Assembly: GCA_030642645.1 (NCBI GenBank)
Contig: DAOWNJ010000001.1
Coordinates: 1-34,995 of the forward strand
Origin: Dehalococcoidia bacterium
GTDB taxonomy: Bacteria; Chloroflexota; Dehalococcoidia; E44-bin15; DAOWNJ01
Direction: 5' to 3'
Length of the DNA: 34,995 bases
In this document: positions 17,121 through 25,170 of the stretch, in pieces
Numbering within the stretch: position 1 is the stretch's first letter
Layout of the letters: each line of letters begins with the position of its first letter
The notes under the pieces: model-generated
The model's database searches: none
The model's input: the letters and a program-made list of their open reading frames with translations, nothing else
Told to the model about the DNA's origin: nothing
Position numbers and translations under genes: made by a program

Positions 17121-17788
17121 TTACCTCCTGTTTCTCTCCCCGAAAATGGCCCTACCGATCCTGACCATTGTCGCCCCCTCCTCCACCGCCACCTCGAAGT
17201 CATCGGTCATCCCCATAGAGAGCTCTTTAAGCCCAAGCGAATCCCCTAGCTCCCTAAGCCGCCGAAATACAGGGCGAACCTCCTCAGTGTCATCACTGTT
17301 GGAGCAACAGTCATGAGGCCCTTTATCTCCAGCCCTGGCAAACGGGCAATCACCTCCACCGCCTTTGAGACCTCAGATGCCGAAAAACCGTTCTTGGTCT
17401 CCTCAGCGGAGACGTTGACCTCGACGAGGACAGGTATGGTTCTTTCGGTCGAGCGGCTCAGCACCTGGGCAAGCCTCAGGCTATCAATGCTGTGGATTAT
17501 ATCAAAAAGCTCAACTGCAGTCTTTACCTTGTTTGTCTGGAGATGACCTACCATGTGCCAGGTGGGGCGAAGCCCCAGAGACGAGAGCTCCTCAACCTTT
17601 CCCCTTGCCTCCTTGACCCTGTTCTCCCCGATATTGCTTATCCCCGCCTCAAGCGCTTTTTTGATGGCGGTGGTATCTACCCCCTTGCTCACGGCGACGA
17701 TGGTGATCTCATCTGGAGAGCGGTTTGCCCTCTCAGCCACCCTGTTGATTCGGGTCTCTAGCTCCACTATATTTCGCTCAATATCCAT
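17121..17788 (-). pseudogene. yggS: YggS-family PLP homeostasis protein, reading frame broken by a 1-nt deficit
   Basis: The listed ORF ends ..[24 protein letters not shown]. The -1 frame from about 17297 reads [58 protein letters not shown], the canonical YggS C-terminus, ending at TAA 17121-17123. The span is 668 nt, so adding one base gives 223 codons. Confidence 0.8.
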
Positions 17789-17800
17789 ATATCACAAGAC

Positions 17801-19384
17801 TCATTTATGGCATTCGGTTTTGGCCCTCTCAAGCTCACGCCTGAGATAGCGCTGGTCAACTCCGGAGTCAACCATCGCCCAGGGAAGCCTCTCATCGTAG
17901 GGGATCTCGCGGTGAGCGTAGAAGTCAGGATCAAGGTCTGATTCCTCAAGAGCCCTGCGCCACGCCGAGAGCGAGTCCTCCGATATACTGGCAAGGACAG
18001 CGCCCAGTCTGGAGTCGCCCCTTGCTAAAACCCCCTGAACCGTGCTCCAGGCGGCGCTCTCCGACTTTACCTCAATCCCCTTTTGACATAATCCTCTAAT
18101 CAGGGATAGGCGATGCTCTAATACATCTGCCCTTTCCATAGGAAGCCATTGGAAGGGAGTCCCCGCCTTGGGTACGAATGGCCCTATGGTTAGGGTGATC
18201 CTGGTATCGGCTTTATGCCTATCGATGATTTCTTTACAGGCAAGTGTCAGTTTGACGATCTCCATAACATCATCGTCGGTCTCGGTAGGGAGTCCAATCA
18301 TGAAATAGAGCTTAAGCTGGCGGAGCCCCTCCCTGGCCACCTTTTCCACCGCCTTGAGGATGTCTTCCTCGGTAAATCCCTTTTTAATAACCCTACGCAA
18401 CCGCTCTGACCCAGCCTCCGGGGCGAGAGAGACGGTTTTTGTCCCACTCCCGGCAAGCCCTCTCAAAACAGTGCGGCTTAAAGGGCGGACCCTCAGGGAG
18501 CTAACGGAGAGCTCAACCCCCATCTCTCGAAGCCCTATCACCAGCTCATCTATCTGGGGATGGTCCGAGACTGAAGCCCCCACAAGACCAAGCCTCTTTC
18601 GATATTTTATCCCCTCCCTTGCCTGCTCAAGGATGCACTCCATGGAACGATGGCGCATCGGGCGAAACTGGTAGCCAGCGAGGCAGAAACGGCATCCCCA
18701 GCCACAACCACGGCTTATCTCGATAAGATACATCCCGCCAAGCTCTGTATCCGGTGTGAGGACCACCGATGTGGTGGCAAAATCGTCGATATTTTTTACC
18801 CACTGGCGGGCGACCTTGGTATCTGAGATACCTGGAACATAGACCCCAGGAAGAGAACAGAGTTCCTTCAAAAGCCCCTGTTTTTTTCCAACTCCCTCGG
18901 CGAGAGTATCAACAAAATAGGGCAAGATAACCTCCCCCTCCCCGATGGCAAAGCAATCGAAAATTGGTGACAGGGGCTCGGGGTTTGCGGTAATACACGG
19001 GCCACCAGCCATAATCAAGGGGTATCTTTCACCCCGTTCAGCGGCCAGGAGTGGTATGGAGCCTGCCCGAAGAAGCTTCACGATATTGAAGTAGTCCAGC
19101 TCATAGGAGACAGAGAATGCCAGGACATCAAAGTCGCTCAAGGGGCGCTGCGATTCCAGACTCAGGGGGACCTCATCCTTCTCACAGAAGAACCTCTCAC
19201 AGACAATCCCCTCACAGCTATTGAGGAGGGAATAGATGGTCTGGAAGCCAAGGTTGGACATCCCAAGATAATAGGAGTTGGGATAGATGAGGGCGATGGG
19301 TACCCTCCCCCCCCAGTCTTTATAGATGGTGCCCTTTTCCCTGGAGAGCCTTCGCCTAGCTTTTTTGACTGCATCCTGCCTCAT
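17801..19384 (-). CDS. Radical SAM protein with B12-binding-like N-terminal domain (uncharacterised family)
   Basis: ..YPNSYYLGMSNLGFQTIYSLLN.., ISRGCGWGCRFCLAGY (CxxxCxxC). ATG 19384 (MRQDAVKK..) is preferred because the 17 extra codons of the listed ORF lie inside an intergenic hairpin. Confidence 0.85.
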   Translation of the reverse strand: MRQDAVKKARRRLSREKGTIYKDWGGRVPIALIYPNSYYLGMSNLGFQTIYSLLNSCEGIVCERFFCEKDEVPLSLESQRPLSDFDVLAFSVSYELDYFNIVKLLRAGSIPLLAAERGERYPLIMAGGPCITANPEPLSPIFDCFAIGEGEVILPYFVDTLAEGVGKKQGLLKELCSLPGVYVPGISDTKVARQWVKNIDDFATTSVVLTPDTELGGMYLIEISRGCGWGCRFCLAGYQFRPMRHRSMECILEQAREGIKYRKRLGLVGASVSDHPQIDELVIGLREMGVELSVSSLRVRPLSRTVLRGLAGSGTKTVSLAPEAGSERLRRVIKKGFTEEDILKAVEKVAREGLRQLKLYFMIGLPTETDDDVMEIVKLTLACKEIIDRHKADTRITLTIGPFVPKAGTPFQWLPMERADVLEHRLSLIRGLCQKGIEVKSESAAWSTVQGVLARGDSRLGAVLASISEDSLSAWRRALEESDLDPDFYAHREIPYDERLPWAMVDSGVDQRYLRRELERAKTECHK

Positions 19385-19411
19385 GTCCCTTGAATTATAT
19401 ACTAATACAGA

Positions 19412-19503
19412 CTGCTGAAAAAGTCCTTCGGACATTTTTCAGCAGCTTTGCCCCACCCCGGTGGGGAAGGGGGTTCCCCGCTAAAAAACGCAGTTTTTCA
19501 GCG
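19412..19503. repeat. Cluster of four hairpins; two share GCTGAAAAA / TTTTTCAGC arms
   Basis: Hairpins at 19412-19445 (15-nt arms with one bulge, loop TTC), 19451-19466 (CCCCAC/GTGGGG), 19469-19479 (GGGG/CCCC) and 19479-19503 (11-nt arms with one mismatch, loop GCA). Confidence 0.5.
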
Positions 19504-19512
19504 GTCTCAAAA

Positions 19513-19521
19513 TGGTATAAT
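19513..19521 (+). promoter_or_regulatory. Extended -10 element (TGgTATAAT) upstream of the GH3-like gene
   Basis: TGGTATAAT lies 24 nt before ATG 19546, with GAAGG between them. There is no good -35. Confidence 0.3.
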
Positions 19522-19545
19522 GTAGTCTGTGAAGGCAGTTTTTTG

Positions 19546-20667
19546 ATGGTTGCCAATACCGGGAAGCTAAAGTCGTTTCTCATACCGTGGCATGAGTCGC
19601 TCGAGGATCCAAGGGCAGCCCAGGAGTCTACCCTCTCAAAGCTCCTTGAGGGGTATCAAGAGACACGATATGGCCAGGGGCGAGGCGCAGACCAGATATC
19701 CACCATCGAGGGGTTTCAGGATTCTTTCCCTATCATCACATACGAGGGGCTTAAGCCACATATAGATATGGTGATGGATGGAGATTTTGAGGCCCTCCTC
19801 CCCGAACCACCGGTAGAATGGGCGCTCACCAGGGGCACCACCGGAGCATCGAAGTTTATCCCCTTAACTGAGACCGACCTTGCCCAGAGGGCTATCTTGG
19901 GCAGCAGGGCAATCCTAAACTATGTATACCGCACCAGTAGATACGATATTCTTGAGGGATATGACCTGAATCTGAATTTCCCCTCGATTGCAGGCTCAAC
20001 GGAGGTGGATGGGAAGGAGTTCTTCTATGGATATAGCTCAGGTATTTATGCCAGACACAGTGGAAAGATGGCACAGCTAAAGGTGATCCCATCTCAGGAG
20101 GAGCTTGACGCCCTTGGTGGAGGGGTAACCGAAAGGGACTGGGAGAGGAGGTTTGAGCTTGCCTATGAGAGGGCAAGGGATAGGGATGCCACCATGCTTA
20201 TCGGGGTCACCCAGACCATGCTCCATTTCGGCAGCTATCTTAAGAGGAGGTGGGGGATATATCCCAAAGACCTATGGGATATTGACATAATTGTCGCTAC
20301 CAGCATCGCTGGCATTCAGACACGATTTAAGCCTGCGCTAAGGGCCCTTTATGGCAATGCCGCAGTCGTTGAGATATATGGGGCCACAGAGGGGATGTAT
20401 GCCCAGCAACTGGACGAGAGGCCCTATGTTGTCCCAAACTACGATACCTATTTCTTCGAGGTGGAGACAAGAAAGGGCATAAAACCGCTCCATGAGCTCG
20501 GGCGAGGAGAATACGGCAGCCTCCTAATCTCCTCCTGCCTCTTCCCAAGGTATAAGATCGGCGACATCATAAGATGCGAGGATAAAGGCTACTTCCGCGT
20601 CATCGGCAGGGAGAGGCCCTTCGCCTTCTTAAGGCACATGTTTGGCAGGTTTCTGGACTGGGGCTAG
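19546..20667 (+). CDS. GH3-family (acyl-acid amido synthetase-like) adenylating enzyme, short form
   Basis: ..TRYGQG..FQDSFPIITYEGLKPHIDMVM.G....L....V.WALTRGTTGASKFIPLT.. is the GH3 N-terminal signature. ATG 19546 is chosen. The product is 373 aa and ends just after the ..YKIGDIIRC...F.VIGRE hinge. Confidence 0.8.
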   Translation: MVANTGKLKSFLIPWHESLEDPRAAQESTLSKLLEGYQETRYGQGRGADQISTIEGFQDSFPIITYEGLKPHIDMVMDGDFEALLPEPPVEWALTRGTTGASKFIPLTETDLAQRAILGSRAILNYVYRTSRYDILEGYDLNLNFPSIAGSTEVDGKEFFYGYSSGIYARHSGKMAQLKVIPSQEELDALGGGVTERDWERRFELAYERARDRDATMLIGVTQTMLHFGSYLKRRWGIYPKDLWDIDIIVATSIAGIQTRFKPALRALYGNAAVVEIYGATEGMYAQQLDERPYVVPNYDTYFFEVETRKGIKPLHELGRGEYGSLLISSCLFPRYKIGDIIRCEDKGYFRVIGRERPFAFLRHMFGRFLDWG

Positions 20668-21080
20668 CCGAACGGCCTTCTTGCCCTGAGCACCCCATAG
20701 ATTAACACCGCTAGCCCGACCACGATGACGATTATCGGCCACCAGTCCTGAATGCCGCCGATGTTGCTCCCTCCAATGGCGATGAGGATGAGGCCAATCA
20801 GAACCCTGCCAAATATTGGCCTTCGATAGGCGGGCAAGAGGTAGCGGATCAGGACATCGAGGATGAAGATGCAGCCTATGCCCAGGAGGAAGTAGGCCCA
20901 CCACTTATCCCACTCTATAATGCCCTGGAGCCCCAGGAAAAGGAAAACACCCAGCAGGACAACGACCAGCCCGAAGAAGATGGCCGAGAACGGGTCTCTT
21001 CGCCACTTCTCCTCCACCCCTTCCCCTCCCTTTTCATCATGGTTCTTCTCGTCCTTTTCACCGCGCCTTCTCTCTGACAT
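20664..21080 (-). CDS. Hypothetical membrane protein (charged N-terminus, about four TM segments)
   Basis: A perfect AGGAGG lies 6 nt before the ATG, directly after the radical SAM gene's stop. Hydrophobic segments include FFGLVVVLLGVFLFLGL, AYFLLGIGCIFILDVLI, LIGLILIAIGG and IIVIVVGLAVLIYGV. Confidence 0.7.
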   Translation of the reverse strand: MSERRRGEKDEKNHDEKGGEGVEEKWRRDPFSAIFFGLVVVLLGVFLFLGLQGIIEWDKWWAYFLLGIGCIFILDVLIRYLLPAYRRPIFGRVLIGLILIAIGGSNIGGIQDWWPIIVIVVGLAVLIYGVLRARRPFG

Positions 21081-21097
21081 CGGTCACCTCCTAGGAT

Positions 21098-22060
21098 TTA
21101 CCAGATGGCGTGGATAAACTGCTTAATGGTGAACCATACCATATGCCGCCATACCCTTCTCTTCCAGCTATTCCTTGAGAAAAGCCCCCTGGCCAGCTTT
21201 ACAGGGTCAGTGTAACAGGATGTGAAGCACCAGTGATACCAGGAGGTAAGCTGCCTTCGGGAAAGGTATTCAGTCGGCATAATAGCATTTGCCATATTAT
21301 ACAGGGAGTAGTCAACTGTCTCCAGCTGGCCATTTGCCTTCGCCTCCTCATATACATCGGAGCCCGGGAACGGGGTGAACATGGTGAATATAGGGAAGTC
21401 CACATCCAACCACTTCATATATCGGACCTTGTGCTCAATGGAGCGGGCACTATCATTCCTTGAGCCGATAAGAAGTAGCCCCTGGCAGACGATGTCATTC
21501 TGCCTAAGGAGCTCAACCGCCTCCCCGACCTCCCTGGTTGTGAGCTGCTTGTTGAACTCACGAAGCTCCCTGTCTGTGGATGACTCAACCCCTATCTGAG
21601 CCATTAGATTACCAGCCTTCCTCATCTCAGGAAGGAGCTCCTTATGTTTTATCACCAGGTCGGCCCTTCCCTGGTAATACCAGGATATATCAAGGCCCCT
21701 CTTTATTATCTCTTCACAGATACCATGAATATGCTCTCCATCAACATTGAAGCAGTCATCCCCGAACCAGAAACACTCCCTGCCATATTCCTTATTAAGT
21801 ATCTCCATCTCATCGACAACCGCTTTCGGGTCCCTTGGCCTCCACTTTGCACCCCAGAACCTCCACTCGGAGCAGAAGGTGCACTTGTGAGGGCATCCGC
21901 GGCTTGAGAGGATGGTGGTGAACTTGCCGAATGCAGTGAAACGATACTTATTCATAGGCAGGAAGTGGTAGGCTGGGATTGGAAGCTCATCTACATCGAT
22001 GAGGGGTTGGTCTGGTGTCTTGATAAGCCCGCCGTTTTGCCTCAAGGTAATGCCCTTCAC
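21098..22060 (-). CDS. Radical SAM core of a B12-binding radical SAM enzyme (downstream part of a gene split by an in-frame TAA)
   Basis: SSRGCPHKCTFCSEW (CxxxCxxC). The GTG at 22060 is in the same frame as 22067..22489, two codons after its TAA. Confidence 0.8.
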   Translation of the reverse strand: MKGITLRQNGGLIKTPDQPLIDVDELPIPAYHFLPMNKYRFTAFGKFTTILSSRGCPHKCTFCSEWRFWGAKWRPRDPKAVVDEMEILNKEYGRECFWFGDDCFNVDGEHIHGICEEIIKRGLDISWYYQGRADLVIKHKELLPEMRKAGNLMAQIGVESSTDRELREFNKQLTTREVGEAVELLRQNDIVCQGLLLIGSRNDSARSIEHKVRYMKWLDVDFPIFTMFTPFPGSDVYEEAKANGQLETVDYSLYNMANAIMPTEYLSRRQLTSWYHWCFTSCYTDPVKLARGLFSRNSWKRRVWRHMVWFTIKQFIHAIW

Positions 22061-22066
22061 CTGGGA

Positions 22067-22489
22067 TTAGTCCCCTCCATTATCTAGGCACCTAACGAGG
22101 TCAACAATGGTGCGCTCCCCCTCCCCTCGCGCAACGATGTCGATCCCAGGGTTCTCCATCAGTGTCTCGCTAGCGTCGAAGGTGGGATGCGGGCCGCCGT
22201 TAACGGTTCTAATGTCAGGATTCACCTCTTTGGCGATCCTCATTGTGCGGAGGGCCTGGGGGAAGAAGGGGGTAATGGCGCTTGCGCCTACGATACCGGG
22301 CTGAGATTCCTCGATGGTTCTCTCCAGTCCCACCCAGCCGAGCCCACTGGCATTGCAGTCAACGAGGTCAACATCTATATTCTCCCTCTCAAGTACGGCG
22401 GCAAGCTGTGCAATGCCCAGTGGGGGTGAGACGCATTTCCCCATAAGCTCCCAGGTCTTCTTTGGGGGCTCGATCAAAAGGACCTTCAT
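22067..22489 (-). CDS. B12-binding domain of the same radical SAM enzyme (upstream part)
   Basis: MKVLLIEPP...PPLGIAQLAAVLE....V.LVDCN......GASAITP........A......VNGGPHPT.. is a typical cobalamin-binding Rossmann domain of class B radical SAM enzymes. It ends at TAA 22067-22069. Confidence 0.8.
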   Translation of the reverse strand: MKVLLIEPPKKTWELMGKCVSPPLGIAQLAAVLERENIDVDLVDCNASGLGWVGLERTIEESQPGIVGASAITPFFPQALRTMRIAKEVNPDIRTVNGGPHPTFDASETLMENPGIDIVARGEGERTIVDLVRCLDNGGD

Positions 22490-22516
22490 TGGGAGGAATT
22501 ATATAGCTTTGCTACG

Positions 22517-22555
22517 AAATTGGCGAGGGCTGCCGAAGGCAGCCCTCGCCAATTT
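22517..22555 (-). terminator. Perfect 18-bp hairpin after nrdJ (intrinsic terminator candidate)
   Basis: AAATTGGCGAGGGCTGCC-GAA-GGCAGCCCTCGCCAATTT lies 15 nt downstream of the nrdJ stop. The U-tract is partly inside the stem (..AAUUUCGU). Confidence 0.65.
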
Positions 22556-22569
22556 CCCCTTTCTTTTCA

Positions 22570-25161
22570 TCAGCACCTGGTATAGCCGCAATTGCGGCAG
22601 ATATAGCAGCCCTCCTGATATATCAGGATGCCAGAGCACTCAGGGCACAGCCCCGCCATATTTGCTCCCAGTCCAGAGGCATCAGTCTTTTCTTCGGTTT
22701 CCCCTTTTTTGATCTCCCCACCTTCCTCCCTCCCCTCCCCAGGAAGATACTTCTCAAGCACACTGCCGATGGCATCGGCACAGGAGAGGACCGCATGGCC
22801 CTCCTCCCAGGCCATCGAGGGGCAGCGGATCCCCTTGAGTTGCTTCACTATCGAGGCTAGATCAACCCCTGACCTCAGGGCCAGGGAGATGAGGCGACTT
22901 GTCGCCTCAAGTTGAGCCGAGGCGCAGCCCCCCGCCTTCCCCAGGGTGGAGAAGACCTCGCAGATGCCATCATCATCGAAGTTCACTGTCACATAGATAT
23001 TGCCGCAGCCGGTTGTTACCCTCTCGGTGATCCCGGTGGTTACCTTCCCCCTCCTCCTGGGGACAAGCCTGACCCCTTCGCCCCCTTTTTCCTCGCCTGT
23101 GCTCAGAACCTGCCTGTCCTTGCTCCGATCCCTGTAAATGGTTATCCCCTTTAAGCCCTCCTTATAGGCGAGCATGAATACCTTGGTTATATCCTCCCTG
23201 GTGGCATCATGAGGGAAGTTCACTGTCTTTGAGACAGCATTGTTAGTAGACTTCTGAAATGCCGCCTGCATCCTCACATGCCACTCAGGGGTTATATCGT
23301 GGGCGGTGACAAAGAGCTTCTTCACCCTTTCGGGGATATCCCCTACATCCTTAATGCTTCCTCGCCTTGCCAGCTCCTTCATGAGCCCCTCGGAGTAAAA
23401 ACCTTCTCTCTTTGCCACCTCCTCAAAGTATGGGTTTATCTCTATCAGCCGATCGTTGTCCAGTATATTTCGAACATAGCTCAGGGCGAAGAGAGGCTCA
23501 ATGCCGCTGGAGCAGCCGGCGATGATGCTCAGTGTCCCGGTAGGGGCGATGGTTGTTCTGGTTGCGTTTCTCACCTTTGGGCCACTAGGGGCATCATATA
23601 GACTCCCCTCAAATGCAGGGAACACCCCCCTCTCCCCAGCAAGCTCAACCGATGCCTCGGTTGCCCTATCATCTATGAAGCTCATCACCTCCTCTGCCAC
23701 CTCAAGCGCCTCATCGGAGTCATAGGGTATCCCAAGGCGAATGAGCATATCAGCAAACCCCATTATTCCCAGCCCTATCTTCCTCGTCTTTCGGGTCATC
23801 TCCGTTATCTCGGAAAGTGGGAATTTGTTTACCTCAATTACATCGTCAAGAAACCTCACCGCAGCCTTTACTGTTTGGGCTAGCTTGGGATAGTCAATGT
23901 GGGGACCTTCTCCATCCTGAGAGATCATCCTTGATAGGTTGATCGAGCCAAGATTGCAGGATTCGTAGGGCAAAAGCGGTTGCTCCCCACAGGGGTTGGT
24001 GCTCTCAATCGAGCCAAGGTTCGGGGTAGGGTTATCCTTATTTACCCTGTCTAAAAAGACAATCCCGGGGTCTCCGGTTCTCCACGCCATATCAACAATC
24101 CTATCAAAGACCTCCCTTGCGTTGCGCTTCCCACTGCTCTTCCCTGTTCTTGGGTTAATGATGTTATAGTCTGTCCCTTCCTCCACCGCCCTCATGAACT
24201 CCTCCGTTACCGCTACCGATAGGTTGAAGTTAGAAAAGGCGTCGTTGTTCTCCTTTGCAGCGATGAAACTCAGGATGTCAGGATGGTCTATATTCAGGAT
24301 CGCCATATTGGCGCCGCGGCGCATCCCCCCCTGCTTTATCACATCGGTTGCGGTATCGAATGCCCTCATGAAGGAGACCGGACCTGAGGCCACACCACCA
24401 GTTGAGCCAACGAGGTCCTTTTGAGGCCTCAGCCTGGAGAAGGAGAAGCCGGTCCCACCGCCGCTCTTGTGGATTAGGGCGGTATACTTTACAGCATCGA
24501 ATATGGACTCCATGGAGTCACCGATAGGGAGGACGAAGCACGCCGATAGTTGCTGTAGCTCCCTCCCTGCATTCATAAGGGTAGGGGAGTTGGGAAGGAA
24601 CTCCAGGTCTCTCATAAGCCTGTAGAATTCCCCCTCCCAGTAGTTGGCATCGACATTCGGGTCAAATATAAGCTCTGCCGAGGCGATATTCCTGGCAACG
24701 CGGCGGAACATATCATCCGCTGTTTCGATAACTCGGCCCGAATCGTCCTTCCTCAGGTACCTCCTCTCCAGCACCTGGATTGCATTATCAGAAAGTTCTA
24801 TCCCCTTCCTGGACGGCCTCTTTTGGGGGGCTACACTTAAAGGCCTGGCCTCCTGGGCGGGGATGATTTCCTCCATCCCGGGGAGTGGGCGGGTCAGCCC
24901 CATCCTGGAGATTATCTGCTCGGATAGGCCAGCCATAAGGTCGCGATCGGTTGCGTCCATGGACTCAGTGACTGTGGAGACGACATGGGTGATGCCATCG
25001 AGGTCAAGTCGCCCCCCTTTGATTATCTCGTCGGTGAGCCTTTCTATAACCTTGCGGTCAGATAGCCCCATAGACTCAGCGGAGGAGAATATAATACGGG
25101 CGATCCTGTTGCGATCAAGAGCAACCATCTTGGAGGTCTTTCTGTGGTGATTGGTAGTCAT
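22570..25161 (-). CDS. nrdJ: Adenosylcobalamin-dependent (class II) ribonucleotide reductase
   Basis: ..NAIQVLERRYL.., ..SACFVLP.., ..STNPCGEQPLLPYESCNLGSINL.., ..GGCASAQ.. and a C-terminal Zn-ribbon CPECSG..CYICRNCGYTRC. GAGGAG lies 6 nt before the ATG. Confidence 0.93.
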   Translation of the reverse strand: MTTNHHRKTSKMVALDRNRIARIIFSSAESMGLSDRKVIERLTDEIIKGGRLDLDGITHVVSTVTESMDATDRDLMAGLSEQIISRMGLTRPLPGMEEIIPAQEARPLSVAPQKRPSRKGIELSDNAIQVLERRYLRKDDSGRVIETADDMFRRVARNIASAELIFDPNVDANYWEGEFYRLMRDLEFLPNSPTLMNAGRELQQLSACFVLPIGDSMESIFDAVKYTALIHKSGGGTGFSFSRLRPQKDLVGSTGGVASGPVSFMRAFDTATDVIKQGGMRRGANMAILNIDHPDILSFIAAKENNDAFSNFNLSVAVTEEFMRAVEEGTDYNIINPRTGKSSGKRNAREVFDRIVDMAWRTGDPGIVFLDRVNKDNPTPNLGSIESTNPCGEQPLLPYESCNLGSINLSRMISQDGEGPHIDYPKLAQTVKAAVRFLDDVIEVNKFPLSEITEMTRKTRKIGLGIMGFADMLIRLGIPYDSDEALEVAEEVMSFIDDRATEASVELAGERGVFPAFEGSLYDAPSGPKVRNATRTTIAPTGTLSIIAGCSSGIEPLFALSYVRNILDNDRLIEINPYFEEVAKREGFYSEGLMKELARRGSIKDVGDIPERVKKLFVTAHDITPEWHVRMQAAFQKSTNNAVSKTVNFPHDATREDITKVFMLAYKEGLKGITIYRDRSKDRQVLSTGEEKGGEGVRLVPRRRGKVTTGITERVTTGCGNIYVTVNFDDDGICEVFSTLGKAGGCASAQLEATSRLISLALRSGVDLASIVKQLKGIRCPSMAWEEGHAVLSCADAIGSVLEKYLPGEGREEGGEIKKGETEEKTDASGLGANMAGLCPECSGILIYQEGCYICRNCGYTRC

Positions 25162-25170
25162 GATAGCTCC

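Noticed and set aside
1216-22069. In-frame TAG (1216-1218) and TAA (22067-22069) as evidence for stop-codon reassignment or pyrrolysine.
   Set aside because: TAA, TAG and TGA all terminate well-defined genes at the expected positions in this window: TAA for the gltB-like gene, TAG for purQ and purL, TGA for ftsZ and nrdJ. No pyl genes are present. Nonsense mutation or gene decay is simpler.
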